This document shows, piece after piece, positions 11,441 through 23,636 of a DNA stretch of 64,000 nt (its first letter is position 1; each line of letters opens with the position of its first letter). Where the stretch lies: positions 64,001-128,000 of the forward strand of contig CAVUKB010000010.1 in NCBI GenBank assembly GCA_963741955.1, read 5' to 3'. The DNA comes from an uncultured Acidobacteriota bacterium. Lineage in GTDB: Bacteria > Acidobacteriota > Thermoanaerobaculia > Gp7-AA8. The position numbers were made by a program, and so were the translations under genes. The notes beneath the pieces were generated by a model. The model worked only from the letters and a program-made list of their open reading frames with translations, did no database searches and was not told where the DNA came from.

Positions 11441-13444
11441 TCACATGTAATAGTCGAAATCGCGCTCGCTGCGGACGCGGCGCCGGATGCGGAAGATCCT
11501 TCCGGGGACCACCTGCGGATCGATGTTCAGGTGATGCCAGCCGGCAGGCCAGGTGAATCGCGCGTTGGTGAGGAGATCGTGGACCTGGATCGGCTCGGCC
11601 GAGCCCTCCTTCAGTTCTTCGAAGGAAAAGTCGATGTCACCCCCCTGAGTGTTCCACGGATCGAGATTGACCACGACGTAGATGACATTCGACCCGTCGT
11701 GGGACGACTTGCTGTAGCAGATGATGTGATCGTTCGACGTCTCGTGGAACCGCAGCGTCGCGTTCGAGTGAAGGGCCGGGTTTTCGCGCCTGATCCGGTT
11801 CACCAGCGCGATCAACTCCCGGAGCGACTGCGGCTGATCGAGATCCCAGTTCCGGATCTCGTACTTCTCTGAATCGAGGTACTCCTCGCTTCCCTGTTCG
11901 CGAGGCTGCGAGACGAGCAGCTCGAAGAGTGGTCCGTAGATGCCGTAGTTCGACGAAAGCGTCGCGGCGAGAATCAGCCGGCTCATGAACATCGGGCGAC
12001 CGCCCCACTGCAGCGGTTCCGGAAGAATGTCCGGCGTGTTGGGCCACGCGTTCGGCCGGAAGAACTCTCCCACTTCGGTGCGGGTCAGCTCGGTGAAATA
12101 GCGGGTGAGCTCCCACTTCGTGTTTCTCCACGTGAAGTAGGTGTAGGACTGAGAGAATCCTGCTTTGGCGAGGTGATACATCACGCGCGGCCGGGTGAAC
12201 GCCTCCGCCAGGAAGATCACCTCCGGATCACGCTTCCGGACCTCCGCGATCACCCATTCCCAGAAAGGGAGCGGCTTGGTGTGGGGATTGTCGACCCGGA
12301 AGATCCGCACCCCTTCTCCCAGCCAGTAGAGAAAGACGTCCCGAAGCTCTCCCCACAGTGTCTCCCACTGTTCGGATTCGAAGTCGAACGGGTAGATGTC
12401 CTGGTATTTCTTCGGCGGATTCTCGGCGTACTGCACGGTCTCGTCGGGGCGCCACCGGAACCATTCCGGGTGCTGCTCGACCCACGGATGATCGGGAGAG
12501 GCCTGGAAGGCGATGTCGAGCGCGATCTCGATCCCTTTCTCACCGGCGCTCCGGACCAGTGACCGGAAGTCCTCCAGAGTGCCGAGCTCCGGATGAATCG
12601 CGGTGTGACCCCCGCTCTCCGATCCGATCGCCCACGGACTCCCGGGATCGGCCGGCGCGGGGTCGAGGGAATTGTTTCTCCCTTTTCTCCACGATCTGCC
12701 GATCGGATGAATGGGAGGAAGGTAGAGGACGTCGAACCCCATTCCCGCAATGTAGGGAAGCCGGGCCTCCATGTCGCGGAACGTTCCATGCCGTCCCGTC
12801 TCGGGTGACGCCGAACGGGGGAACATCTCGTACCAGCTGCTGAACCCCGCCCTCGGGCGCTCGACGAGAACGTCGAGGCATCGCGCGTAGCGCGTTGCGA
12901 GGCGGCGATCGGGAACCTTCTTCATCAACGAGACGAGTTGCTCGTCGAACACCGCGGCGATCTTCCGTTCGCGTCCCGCATCGCTGCGGAGGAGCTCGAC
13001 GTATTCGCGCATCCGGTGCTGGTCGAACTCCTTCGAGCGGCGGGCCGCCGCGTCGATCATCCGTGCACCGATCTCGAAGTGGACCGTGAGGTCGGGCTCG
13101 TCCGCCTCGGACCGCTTCTGCAGATCGCGGTACCAGCCGAGGAAATGGTCGATCCAGGCCTCGAGGGTGTACTCCCAGATTCCGACTCGCGAAACGACGA
13201 AATCGGCTACCCAGCGATCCGGGACGGCAGGAGAACGCCGGGAGAGCGAAACCTCCTGCCAGGAAGACTCTCCCTTCGGCCGGTAGAGGAGGACACCTGA
13301 AACGATGTCGTGGCCGTCCGTGAAGACGTCCGCTTCCACCGTGACGCGCTCGCCGGTGACTCTTTTGACCGGAAAGCGGCCGCAGTCGATCTCCGGGGTC
13401 ACCGCTTCGATGATGACGCGCCTCCTGCCGTCGAAATCGACCAT
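11441..13444 (-). CDS. glgE: Alpha-1,4-glucan:maltose-1-phosphate maltosyltransferase
   Basis: SWYEMFPRS, YLPPIHPIG, YAENPPKKYQDIYP, FRVDNPHTKP, EEYLDSEKYE; AGGAGGAG RBS upstream. Confidence 0.95.
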   Translation of the reverse strand: MVDFDGRRRVIIEAVTPEIDCGRFPVKRVTGERVTVEADVFTDGHDIVSGVLLYRPKGESSWQEVSLSRRSPAVPDRWVADFVVSRVGIWEYTLEAWIDHFLGWYRDLQKRSEADEPDLTVHFEIGARMIDAAARRSKEFDQHRMREYVELLRSDAGRERKIAAVFDEQLVSLMKKVPDRRLATRYARCLDVLVERPRAGFSSWYEMFPRSASPETGRHGTFRDMEARLPYIAGMGFDVLYLPPIHPIGRSWRKGRNNSLDPAPADPGSPWAIGSESGGHTAIHPELGTLEDFRSLVRSAGEKGIEIALDIAFQASPDHPWVEQHPEWFRWRPDETVQYAENPPKKYQDIYPFDFESEQWETLWGELRDVFLYWLGEGVRIFRVDNPHTKPLPFWEWVIAEVRKRDPEVIFLAEAFTRPRVMYHLAKAGFSQSYTYFTWRNTKWELTRYFTELTRTEVGEFFRPNAWPNTPDILPEPLQWGGRPMFMSRLILAATLSSNYGIYGPLFELLVSQPREQGSEEYLDSEKYEIRNWDLDQPQSLRELIALVNRIRRENPALHSNATLRFHETSNDHIICYSKSSHDGSNVIYVVVNLDPWNTQGGDIDFSFEELKEGSAEPIQVHDLLTNARFTWPAGWHHLNIDPQVVPGRIFRIRRRVRSERDFDYYM

Positions 13445-13639
13445 CAGATACGGCTCCTCCTGACTGTTCGAGCTGAGATTGCGGGCCAGACGAGGTTACG
13501 ACGAGCCCGGCGGAATGCCAAAAGTGACGTGCGAGTCTCGTGCCGCCGAATTCGGCCGGATCGCTGTATTTCCGGAGCCATTGAATGGACAACCTCTCTG
13601 AAGGAGGCCGGTAGGCGGACCCGATACCGGCGCGTGACG

Positions 13640-14614
13640 ATGTTCGGAATCGAATCGAAACTTCTGCTCCATCCCCATCACCCGCGGTCCGTTGCGGCCG
13701 GAGAGGAGTCGCGAGAAATTCGCGACGTGCAACCTCCGGCGGACCCCGCGGCCGGCAGCCGCGATGCGAAGGATCGTCGTCGCGTTGCCGTCGGCCTTTT
13801 CATGCGCCGGGTCAGGCTATGGCGCCTGCTCGCAAGCGTTCTGTTCGCGAGCTCGACCATTTTTCTTGCGAACACGATCTTTCCGTGGCTCGCAGCCCGC
13901 CTGACCTGGTCTGTGGCCGTGGCGATCGAGGCGGGCCTGGTCGCACTCCTTCTGCACATTTCGTCTTTTCCCATCGTGCGCGCGGTGCGGCATCAGATCA
14001 TCGCCACGCATCAGCTGACCGAGAAGTTCCGCGACGAGGCGACCCGTGATGCGCTGACGGATCTGCACAACCGGAGGTTCTTCGACGACCACTTCGCGGG
14101 GGAGTTCCTTCGAGCGCGCAGATACAATCTCCGCCTCTCCATGATCCTGTTCGATCTCGATCACTTCAAGGAGCTCAACGACCGGTACGGACACCCGGTG
14201 GGAGACGCTGTCCTGCAGAGGTTTGCACGCCGGCTGGTCTTCGGGATCCGGAGGACCGACATCGTCGTGCGGCTCGGGGGAGAAGAGTTCGCGGTGATTC
14301 TGCCGGAGACGGGCATCCGCGGAGCGGCGGCGGTCGCCGAGGCATGTCGCCAGGCGTGTGCGATCACGCCGGTTCGGGTCGGGAGAATCCGTGCGCTCGA
14401 GATCCCGCTCACGGTGAGTGCGGGAGTCGCGGAGATCCGGAACGAGGATGCGAACGAGCAGCAGATCTACGCACGTGCGGACGAGTCGCTCTACATGGCG
14501 AAGAGAATCCGGAACAGGGTCTGCGCCATCGGCATACCCGGATACGACGACGACATACCGATGACCGGCGGCCAGTTCGCACCGTTGGACGACCTCGTCG
14601 CGCGGGCGGGGTGA
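13640..14614 (+). CDS. Membrane-anchored diguanylate cyclase (GGDEF domain)
   Basis: Two hydrophobic segments, then RDALTDLHNRR, DLDHFKELNDRYGHPVGD, RRTD (I-site) and GGEEF. Start uncertain. Confidence 0.88.
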   Translation: MFGIESKLLLHPHHPRSVAAGEESREIRDVQPPADPAAGSRDAKDRRRVAVGLFMRRVRLWRLLASVLFASSTIFLANTIFPWLAARLTWSVAVAIEAGLVALLLHISSFPIVRAVRHQIIATHQLTEKFRDEATRDALTDLHNRRFFDDHFAGEFLRARRYNLRLSMILFDLDHFKELNDRYGHPVGDAVLQRFARRLVFGIRRTDIVVRLGGEEFAVILPETGIRGAAAVAEACRQACAITPVRVGRIRALEIPLTVSAGVAEIRNEDANEQQIYARADESLYMAKRIRNRVCAIGIPGYDDDIPMTGGQFAPLDDLVARAG

Positions 14615-14724
14615 CGCGAGCGGCGGGATGTTTCTGCCGTGCAAACGGGTCCGGATCCTCGGTGCGGGAGCCTCCGTTCCGATCTCTGGTAGGATGTTCC
14701 ACTCATTCTATGCGGAGGTGGTCG

Positions 14725-14931
14725 ATGTCGGAGAAGGTCTACAAGATGGTCGAGATCGTCGGTACATCGAGCGATTCGTTCGAGGCCGCGATCGAAGCGG
14801 CAGTGGGACGCTCTTCGGAGTCGCTTCACAACCTCGATTGGTTCGAAGTCGCTGAGATGCGCGGCCGGATCGAGAACAGCAAGGTCGTGCAATACCAGGT
14901 GAAAGTGAAAGTCGGGTTCCGTCTCGACTGA
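14725..14931 (+). CDS. Dodecin family flavin-binding protein
   Basis: MSEKVYKMVEIVGTS...LDWFEVAEMRG...YQVKVKVGFRLD, 68 aa; GGAGGTGG RBS. Confidence 0.92.
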   Translation: MSEKVYKMVEIVGTSSDSFEAAIEAAVGRSSESLHNLDWFEVAEMRGRIENSKVVQYQVKVKVGFRLD

Positions 14932-14934
14932 CGG

Positions 14935-15576
14935 TCAGAACAGCTCGAGATTGCGTGCCTGGGCCGTCGAGAGACGGTCCAGGAATTCCGCGCGCGAGAT
15001 CAGACGGGCGCCGAGGCTCTGCATGTGGGGAGTCATGACCTGAATATCGATCCAGTCGAGTCCTTTGGAGGCGAGGCGATCGACGAGGAAGAGGAGCGCG
15101 AGCTTCGACGCATTCGGGAGGCGGTGGAACATGCTTTCGCCCGCGAACGTGCCGTCGACCGACACGCCGTACATCCCACCCACCAGATCCTCTCCATTCC
15201 AGACTTCCACGCTGTGGGCCCAGCCCCGCTGGTGAAAGTCGCAGTAAGCGTCGATGACGTCGGGGAAAATCCACGTCCCGTCCTGGCCGGGGCGAGGTGC
15301 CTTGGCGCAGGCGCGGATCACGGCGGGAAAATCGCGGTCGACCGTGAAGCGGAACGTATTCCGCCGCCGCGCCTTTTCGAGGCTTCGTGGAATGTGGAGA
15401 CGGTCGAATTCGAGAATGGCCCGCTTCCACGGCGAGAACCAGGTGAGCGGCAGACCCTCGATCGGCCAGGGAAAGATCCCCTTCCGGTAGGCACCGATCA
15501 GATTGCGCCAGTCGAGATCACCGCCTATCGCGACGATGTCGTTGGGCGCCTTTCGGGGATTCGGAAAGTGGATCAT
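14935..15576 (-). CDS. aat: Leucyl/phenylalanyl-tRNA--protein transferase
   Basis: GGDL...AYRKGIFPW, AHSVEVW...LVGGMYGV, FAGESMF, NASKLA, DIQ..TPHMQSLGA. Confidence 0.94.
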   Translation of the reverse strand: MIHFPNPRKAPNDIVAIGGDLDWRNLIGAYRKGIFPWPIEGLPLTWFSPWKRAILEFDRLHIPRSLEKARRRNTFRFTVDRDFPAVIRACAKAPRPGQDGTWIFPDVIDAYCDFHQRGWAHSVEVWNGEDLVGGMYGVSVDGTFAGESMFHRLPNASKLALLFLVDRLASKGLDWIDIQVMTPHMQSLGARLISRAEFLDRLSTAQARNLELF

Positions 15577-15683
15577 CTCGATGAACGGGCGCCGGCAGCG
15601 ATCAGCCGCCGGCGACTCACATGTTTCGATTGTGAGCCCCGGACGCGCCGGTCGCAACGCTCAGCATCACAACGGACTGTGTC

Positions 15684-17903
<2,220 letters not shown>

Positions 17904-18051
17904 GTCTTTTCGGGTCCGGGGAAGTCGCCGATCGGGCGCGTACCGGGCATCGTCTCCACGATGAACAATCTACAGCAAAGCGGTTGCCGGCGCGTTCTGA
18001 GCGCGGGCTGCAAGCGATCTGTGGTTTCCATTATCAACAATCCCGCCCAGG

Positions 18052-18366
18052 CTACTCTTCCTCCAGCGTGCAGAGCAGCGGGAACTCGTGGGCCTGGGCG
18101 AGTGCCGTCACCTGGGCGACTTTCATCTCGGCGATCTCGTACGTGAAGACACCGGCGATTCCCACCCCGCGTCGATGGACGCTGAGCATCACCTGGATCG
18201 CCTCCGGCGTCGACCGGTGAAAGATCGATTCGAGGATCTGCACGACGAAGTCCATGGTCGTGTAGTCGTCGTTGTGAAGCAGCACTTTGTAAAGGGGGGG
18301 CTTTCGGACCTTCGTCCGCTCTTCCGTCGCGACGGATTCGTCCAGCTCGTAGTCGGGAGGGAGCAT
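18052..18366 (-). CDS. clpS: ATP-dependent Clp protease adaptor ClpS
   Basis: PPLYKVLLHNDDYTTMDFVV...MLSVHRRG...EIAEMKV...FPLLCTLE. Confidence 0.96.
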   Translation of the reverse strand: MLPPDYELDESVATEERTKVRKPPLYKVLLHNDDYTTMDFVVQILESIFHRSTPEAIQVMLSVHRRGVGIAGVFTYEIAEMKVAQVTALAQAHEFPLLCTLEEE

Positions 18367-18502
18367 CGCAGCCAGTCTACCTGTGCGCTTCTACCAGCGA
18401 GAACAAATCGATATTCCCTTCTGAATCGGGAGGGGCCGGCCCTGCTCGGCTTTCTTTCGGGGTCGTTGGCGCGCCCCATCGTAATTCTGTAATCTTTCGC
18501 GA

Positions 18503-19831
18503 ATGCCGAACGACCAGATCGCCCGAGTGGTCCTCGGAATGGCGGTGACCATCGCGCTGGCTGTTCTCGCCGCGCATCCGAAGGTGCGCCAATTCGAGCG
18601 GCGGCTGGGGCTGACGGTACTGGTGGCGTCCGGCCTTCCCTTTCTCATCCTCGGAGCGGTTTTCCGGCTCGAGTCCGTCGGTATTCTCACCGACCGCGTT
18701 CTGCACGACCTGAAGCCTGCGTTCGATTTCGGACTCGGATGGGTCGGTTTCGTGGTGGGAGCACAGCTCGACATCCGACGACTGGAGAGGCTTCCTTCGC
18801 GGCTCGGTCCGGTGATCGCGCTTCTCGCCTTCACCCCGACGCTCCTGACCGTGATCGCCTGTTCCCTGATCCTTCTGTCCCTCGGCGTATTTCCCGGCGA
18901 CGGACTGGTGCGGGACACGATCGTCCTTGCGGCGTGTGCCGCCGCGAGCGCGCCGGGAAATCTGAAACTGCTGCTGCGTCATGCGCGTCCCGCCGCCGTG
19001 CAGCTGGTGATCGAGATCACCCGGATCGACCAGGTCGCCGCGCTCGGGATCTTCGCCTTCGTCGCGATCACTTTCCGCCCCGCTGCGGGTATCGCAACGT
19101 GGGTGCTTCCGCGAAGTGCATGGCTGCTGGTGACACTCGGTGTCGGTACGTTGCTCGGAGCGCTGACCTACATCCTGATATGGAGAGTCCGGGACGAGAT
19201 CGAACGGACCACGATTCTCATCGGCGGGGTGGCTCTCGCCGCGGGTACCGCGGGCTATCTGGCGGTCTCCGTTCCGGTGGTCTGCGCAATTGCCGGCGCG
19301 TTGATGATGAACCTCCCGCTGCCGGATGCCGAGCCGATGAGGAAGACGCTCGCTACGGTGGAGCGGCCACTCTATCTCCTGTTCCTCTTCATCCTCGGCG
19401 CCTCATGGCAACCAGGCCAGTGGGAGGGTTGGGTTCTTGCGCTCGGATTCGTCCTGGCCAGAAACTACGGGAAACTCGTCGCGTCGCGCTGGGCGGTGCG
19501 AGTCGGTCCGGAGGGACTTCCGTCGGCCCCGGCCATGGCCGTCGCGCTGATGCCGGAGAGCCCCATCGCGATCGTGGTGATCTTCAGTGCCGCGACTCTC
19601 TACTCCGGATATCCGTCGTCTGACGTTCTCTGGGTCATCCACGCCGTGATCATCGGAAGCATTCTCACCGACGTCACCGTACAGATCGTTCAGCGCCGTC
19701 AGGCGGCGAGGATCGGGATCGACGAGACCTATCCTGGCGCGAAGCGGAATGAGGAGACTCATCCGCGCCCACCTCGAGCGAGGCGAGGAGGAGGGGAGAA
19801 GGAACCGAAGTCGAAAGGAGTCGAAACGTGA
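18503..19831 (+). CDS. Cation:proton antiporter-like (CPA/Na_H_Exchanger fold) membrane protein 1
   Basis: About 12-13 hydrophobic segments; GLGWVGFVVGAQLD resembles the CPA2 F.xG.E.D motif; overlaps the next gene by 4 nt. Confidence 0.65.
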   Translation: MPNDQIARVVLGMAVTIALAVLAAHPKVRQFERRLGLTVLVASGLPFLILGAVFRLESVGILTDRVLHDLKPAFDFGLGWVGFVVGAQLDIRRLERLPSRLGPVIALLAFTPTLLTVIACSLILLSLGVFPGDGLVRDTIVLAACAAASAPGNLKLLLRHARPAAVQLVIEITRIDQVAALGIFAFVAITFRPAAGIATWVLPRSAWLLVTLGVGTLLGALTYILIWRVRDEIERTTILIGGVALAAGTAGYLAVSVPVVCAIAGALMMNLPLPDAEPMRKTLATVERPLYLLFLFILGASWQPGQWEGWVLALGFVLARNYGKLVASRWAVRVGPEGLPSAPAMAVALMPESPIAIVVIFSAATLYSGYPSSDVLWVIHAVIIGSILTDVTVQIVQRRQAARIGIDETYPGAKRNEETHPRPPRARRGGGEKEPKSKGVET

Positions 19832-21180
19832 CGCGATCGACGATCACCCTCCTTCTGGTAGCCGGGATCACATATGCGGCGCGCTCGTTCATTCCCGCCG
19901 GCGAAGCGGGAACGAGCTCCGGAACCACTCTCGCCTTCGGGTTTCTCCTCGTCGCGGCGATCCAGGCGGGTCACGTCTTTCACGGCCTGAAGCTTCCGCA
20001 CCTGACCGGATTCATTCTCTGCGGACTCGTGTTCGGTCCGGAGATCACGGGCCTCGTCTCCCACACCATGGTAGCGGATCTGACGCTGATCAAAGGGGTG
20101 GCCATCGGCTACATCGCACTTCTCGCCGGCTGTGAGCTGAACCTTCGAAAACAGAAGATGAGGCTGCGAAACATCCTCTCCTACTGGTTCTTCGGACTGA
20201 CCGCGGCGGCAGTGCTTCTCTTCATCGCCTTCTTCTTCATGACCGGCTGGCTGCCGCTGACTTCTTCGATGACATTGCTGGAGCGGGCCGCGGTTTCGCT
20301 GGTTTGTGCCAACGTACTCTGTGCCTTCTCCTCACCGGTGGTGATCGGAATCATCAACGAGGCGAAAGCGAGTGGTCCGTTCAGCGAGATCGCGATCTCG
20401 GTCGCGGTTCTCGCCGATCTCACGGTCGTGGTGACGTTCTCGCTGAGCAGCTTTCTCGCAAGGGCGGTCTTTCCGCAGCAGAACGCACCGGGCGGTCTTC
20501 GCGTGCTGATCCTCCACATCTTCGGATCGATGGTGGTGGGGTTCGTCGTGGGAACGGTTCTGTCGCTCTACATGCGGCTGATCGGAACCCGCACCGGCCT
20601 GTTCATCTTCGCGGTCCTTTTCGTGGTCGCCGAGGCTGGACGGGTGCTGTATCTCAATCCACTCCTGGTCGGTCTGAGCGCAGGCTTCTTCCTGGAGAAC
20701 TTCTCGTCCGTGCGAGGTCACGAAGTGGCGGAGCAGTCGAGACCTGCGATTCTTCCGACCTACGCAATCTTCTTCACCGTGATCGGCGCGGAACTTCACG
20801 TGAGAGCATTTCTCGCCGTCGCGCCGTTCGCACTCCTGGCCGCAACGACCCGGGCCGCGGGCATTTTTACCGGGTCGTGGCTGGGGACGAAGTTCGCTCG
20901 CCTCGAGCACGACGTCTCGCGTTACATGCCGTACGGCATGTTTCCGCAGGCTGGAATCGCGATCGCACTCGCCACGCTGGTCCTGAACGAGTTCGGAGAA
21001 TGGGGAGCGGTGGTCGGCACGGTGCTGTTCGGCAGCATCGTGGTGAACGAGATGATCGGCCCGATCCTTTTCCGCGGAGCGATCGGTCGGGCCGGCGAGG
21101 CAGGACGCACCGAAAGCCCCGAACCCGCAGGGGAGGCCAGACACGAGGCTCGAGGCTTGAGGCTAGAGGCTCGGGACTAG
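19828..21180 (+). CDS. Cation:proton antiporter (CPA2-like) membrane protein 2
   Basis: LPHLTGFILCGLVFGP, ALLAGCEL, SSP...SGP...VAVLAD, FFTVIGAEL, PQAGIAIALA, NEMIGPILF. Confidence 0.8.
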   Translation: MTRSTITLLLVAGITYAARSFIPAGEAGTSSGTTLAFGFLLVAAIQAGHVFHGLKLPHLTGFILCGLVFGPEITGLVSHTMVADLTLIKGVAIGYIALLAGCELNLRKQKMRLRNILSYWFFGLTAAAVLLFIAFFFMTGWLPLTSSMTLLERAAVSLVCANVLCAFSSPVVIGIINEAKASGPFSEIAISVAVLADLTVVVTFSLSSFLARAVFPQQNAPGGLRVLILHIFGSMVVGFVVGTVLSLYMRLIGTRTGLFIFAVLFVVAEAGRVLYLNPLLVGLSAGFFLENFSSVRGHEVAEQSRPAILPTYAIFFTVIGAELHVRAFLAVAPFALLAATTRAAGIFTGSWLGTKFARLEHDVSRYMPYGMFPQAGIAIALATLVLNEFGEWGAVVGTVLFGSIVVNEMIGPILFRGAIGRAGEAGRTESPEPAGEARHEARGLRLEARD

Positions 21181-21192
21181 AGGCTCGAGGCT
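21144..21192 (+). repeat. Tandem heptamer array (C/A)GAGGCT x7
   Basis: cgaggct cgaggct tgaggct agaggct cgggact agaggct cgaggct; spans the stop codon of 19828..21180. Confidence 0.9.
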
Positions 21193-21289
21193 AGCGGACC
21201 GCGGCGGGAGAATAGAATTCGTATTTTCGGTCCTCGAACTGAATTTCTTTCTGAAAAGTGATGAATATGAAGAATAAAACCTTCACTCT

Positions 21290-22426
21290 TCACTTTCGAG
21301 GCTCGAGCCTCGGACCTCGAGCCTCGAGCCTCGAGCCTCGAGCCTCGGATCCCGCGTCTCCCGGTTCTCCCGGGGCCAGCTCCTCCCCCGGGCGTCGCGG
21401 TTTTCCGAGATCCGCGAAGTCGCGCATGTGTACGGCGAGGCCGTAGTCGGGAAGGTTGCGCGTGAAGCCCGCGACGAGCTGATTGTTGTAGTGCGCCAGG
21501 AAGAAGTCGAACGGATCACTCGGATCGGTGTCGATGACCTCCATTTCGGCCCGCACCATGAAGAGCTTCCCCATCCTGAGAGTGCCGTTCTTGAAGAACA
21601 TGTAGTTTTTTGCTTCGACCGGGAGGGAGAGTTTCGCCATCTTTTCCGGTGAGCCGAAGATCTGGACCATCTCGTCGGGAGTGATCTCGATTCCGGTCAG
21701 CGTTCCCTCCATCGCCGGTGGAGGGAGGAGCTTCAGCGGATCGAGAAGGAGGTCGTTCTTTTCGGCACGAACGCCTTTCGCTTTGCTCAGATCCAGAAAC
21801 TTTTCCAGAGAGATCCCGACCGCCTTCATCAGACCTTTTCCGTTCAGGCCGCAGATCCGGATGCTGGTCGGATGAAGACGGATCTCTCCTCCGGGGGTGA
21901 CGCTCACGTCGGCGAGGAGGGAGAAGGGGATGTCGATGACCTTGTGGATGATCCCTTCCTGTTTCAGCTGTCCGTTCTGCATGGAGACGGTCAGGTCACG
22001 CAGCGGTGCCCCAGGGTAGTTGAACACGTAATGGTTCATCAGGTCGGTCAGGCTTCGTCCATCCACGCCCACTCTCGCGTACGCGATCTCGATCACGAAG
22101 GAGCTCGGGTCGTCGAAGTTGAGAGGCGTTCCGATCTCCTTGTCGTGCATCTCGGCGAGGAGCTCGTGCACGTGGAGGATGATCGTAGGGTCGATGCGGA
22201 AGAGGACGTTCCGCATCTCCGTCGCCGTCTTCTTCGCCGGGATCGCTTCCTTCGGAACGTCGAACGTGGCATAGCCGACAGACGATACCGGTGCGGGTCG
22301 CGGAATGCCGTCGTTCGCGGGGGGGCGCGGGACGCAGCAGCAGGCGGGAAACAGCAGGAGCGAGAGGATGACGAGAGCGGCGACCGTAAAGAGGATCGCA
22401 ACGGTCCCGCGTCTTTTCCATCTCAT
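21290..22426 (-). CDS. Hypothetical exported or membrane-anchored protein
   Basis: 378-aa ORF with coding-like composition; N-terminal basic plus hydrophobic segment followed by ACCC. Confidence 0.75.
   Translation of the reverse strand: MRWKRRGTVAILFTVAALVILSLLLFPACCCVPRPPANDGIPRPAPVSSVGYATFDVPKEAIPAKKTATEMRNVLFRIDPTIILHVHELLAEMHDKEIGTPLNFDDPSSFVIEIAYARVGVDGRSLTDLMNHYVFNYPGAPLRDLTVSMQNGQLKQEGIIHKVIDIPFSLLADVSVTPGGEIRLHPTSIRICGLNGKGLMKAVGISLEKFLDLSKAKGVRAEKNDLLLDPLKLLPPPAMEGTLTGIEITPDEMVQIFGSPEKMAKLSLPVEAKNYMFFKNGTLRMGKLFMVRAEMEVIDTDPSDPFDFFLAHYNNQLVAGFTRNLPDYGLAVHMRDFADLGKPRRPGEELAPGEPGDAGSEARGSRLEARGPRLEPRK
21299..21347 (-). repeat. Tandem heptamer array AGCCTCG x7 (inverse of 21144-21192)
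   Basis: aggctcg agcctcg gacctcg agcctcg agcctcg agcctcg agcctcg; encodes the EARGSRLEARG tail of 21290..22426. Confidence 0.9.
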
Positions 22427-22513
22427 GCGGCGGGGTCATTCACGACGCTTGCCACCGCTGAAATCGCTACCCGGTCGAGGCCAGCCGTCCTCCGATCCGT
22501 CGCGTCGTGACGG

Positions 22514-23242
22514 TCAACTTTCGCCCTCCATGCTGGCCTCGGCGCATTTCCGAATCAGCTCGCGGCCGGCGACGTCGGATTTGACGTACGTCTTGCAGAG
22601 CAGATCGATCTGTTCGATCGGCTCGGTCGCCAGAACCGTGAACCCTTCGTCCGGTTGTTCCGGATTGAATGTCCATTTCCGGTCCCACCGGTTCTTCACC
22701 AGCCGGCATCGGATGAATCCGCGATGATGCGCGAGGCGTTTGTCGGGTATCAGATGCTTGTTTTTCGAAGCTTCGGCGGATTCGGGCTGGTCGAGCGCGA
22801 CCACTCCCGAGCGGAACGTCGGCATGTCCCGTTCGGTGACAGGACCCACGCCCCGCGCGTTCGCAACCTGCTCTGCGAGCCCTCGGGTCACCAGAACCCC
22901 GACCACTTTCTTGAGGACCGTCGCCGATTCACTTTCAAAATCGGTGAAGAGGAGACCGGACTGGTAGACGGTCAGCCCATCGTCACCGGGAGCGAACCGA
23001 TGGACCTTGCAGGAGACGACGATGCAGGTGGCGTGAATGGTTCCGTGCTCTGATTCCAGACGGAAGCGGGAGCTCTGGCCGGTCTTCAGACGGGTGTAGT
23101 GCTCGACCCGCGCTCCCGATTCGCTCACGTCGACCACGAGCACACCGAGGGTTCCAACGCGTCCCACCAGCGGTCGAGCAAGCTGTACGCGCTGTCGTTT
23201 CCGGCGCTCGCGCCGGGATTGAGCCATCGGTCCGCTCATCAT
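22514..23242 (-). CDS. PilZ domain protein
   Basis: RRKRQR (RxxxR) followed by DVSESGARV (DxSxxG). Start 23227-23242. Confidence 0.8.
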   Translation of the reverse strand: MMSGPMAQSRRERRKRQRVQLARPLVGRVGTLGVLVVDVSESGARVEHYTRLKTGQSSRFRLESEHGTIHATCIVVSCKVHRFAPGDDGLTVYQSGLLFTDFESESATVLKKVVGVLVTRGLAEQVANARGVGPVTERDMPTFRSGVVALDQPESAEASKNKHLIPDKRLAHHRGFIRCRLVKNRWDRKWTFNPEQPDEGFTVLATEPIEQIDLLCKTYVKSDVAGRELIRKCAEASMEGES

Positions 23243-23636
23243 TATTGATGGACCCTTGCCATCCTCGGTTTGATGGATCGATTCATCGTAGCCCCGCTCT
23301 GAAACGTCGTCAACGGAATCCCCCGGCCGCCTCGTTCCGCCCGTGGCGAGACCACATGAATCCACGTGGTGTGGTCGAACACTCGACTGGTGTGAAGAAG
23401 ACGCGCCGAAGCCGAATTTCGACCCGGCCCGTTCGGTCGGCCATATTGGCAGTTTCGTGACAGATGAAACCGAACGATTGTTCGGTTCACGATGACGGAG
23501 AGTCCGATCCGTCTCCTGGTGCCCTTGTTCATTCCTTCACCTGCCCGGCCGTTTCAGCAGGCCAGTCCGGTCTCCACGCGAGACTTCATTCCGCCCGGAT
23601 CAGGATACCACCCCACGCTGCGGGAAGAAGATGGAT

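Noticed and set aside
21144-21347. CRISPR array
   Set aside because: Repeats are 7-nt tandem units without unique spacers; no cas genes in the window.
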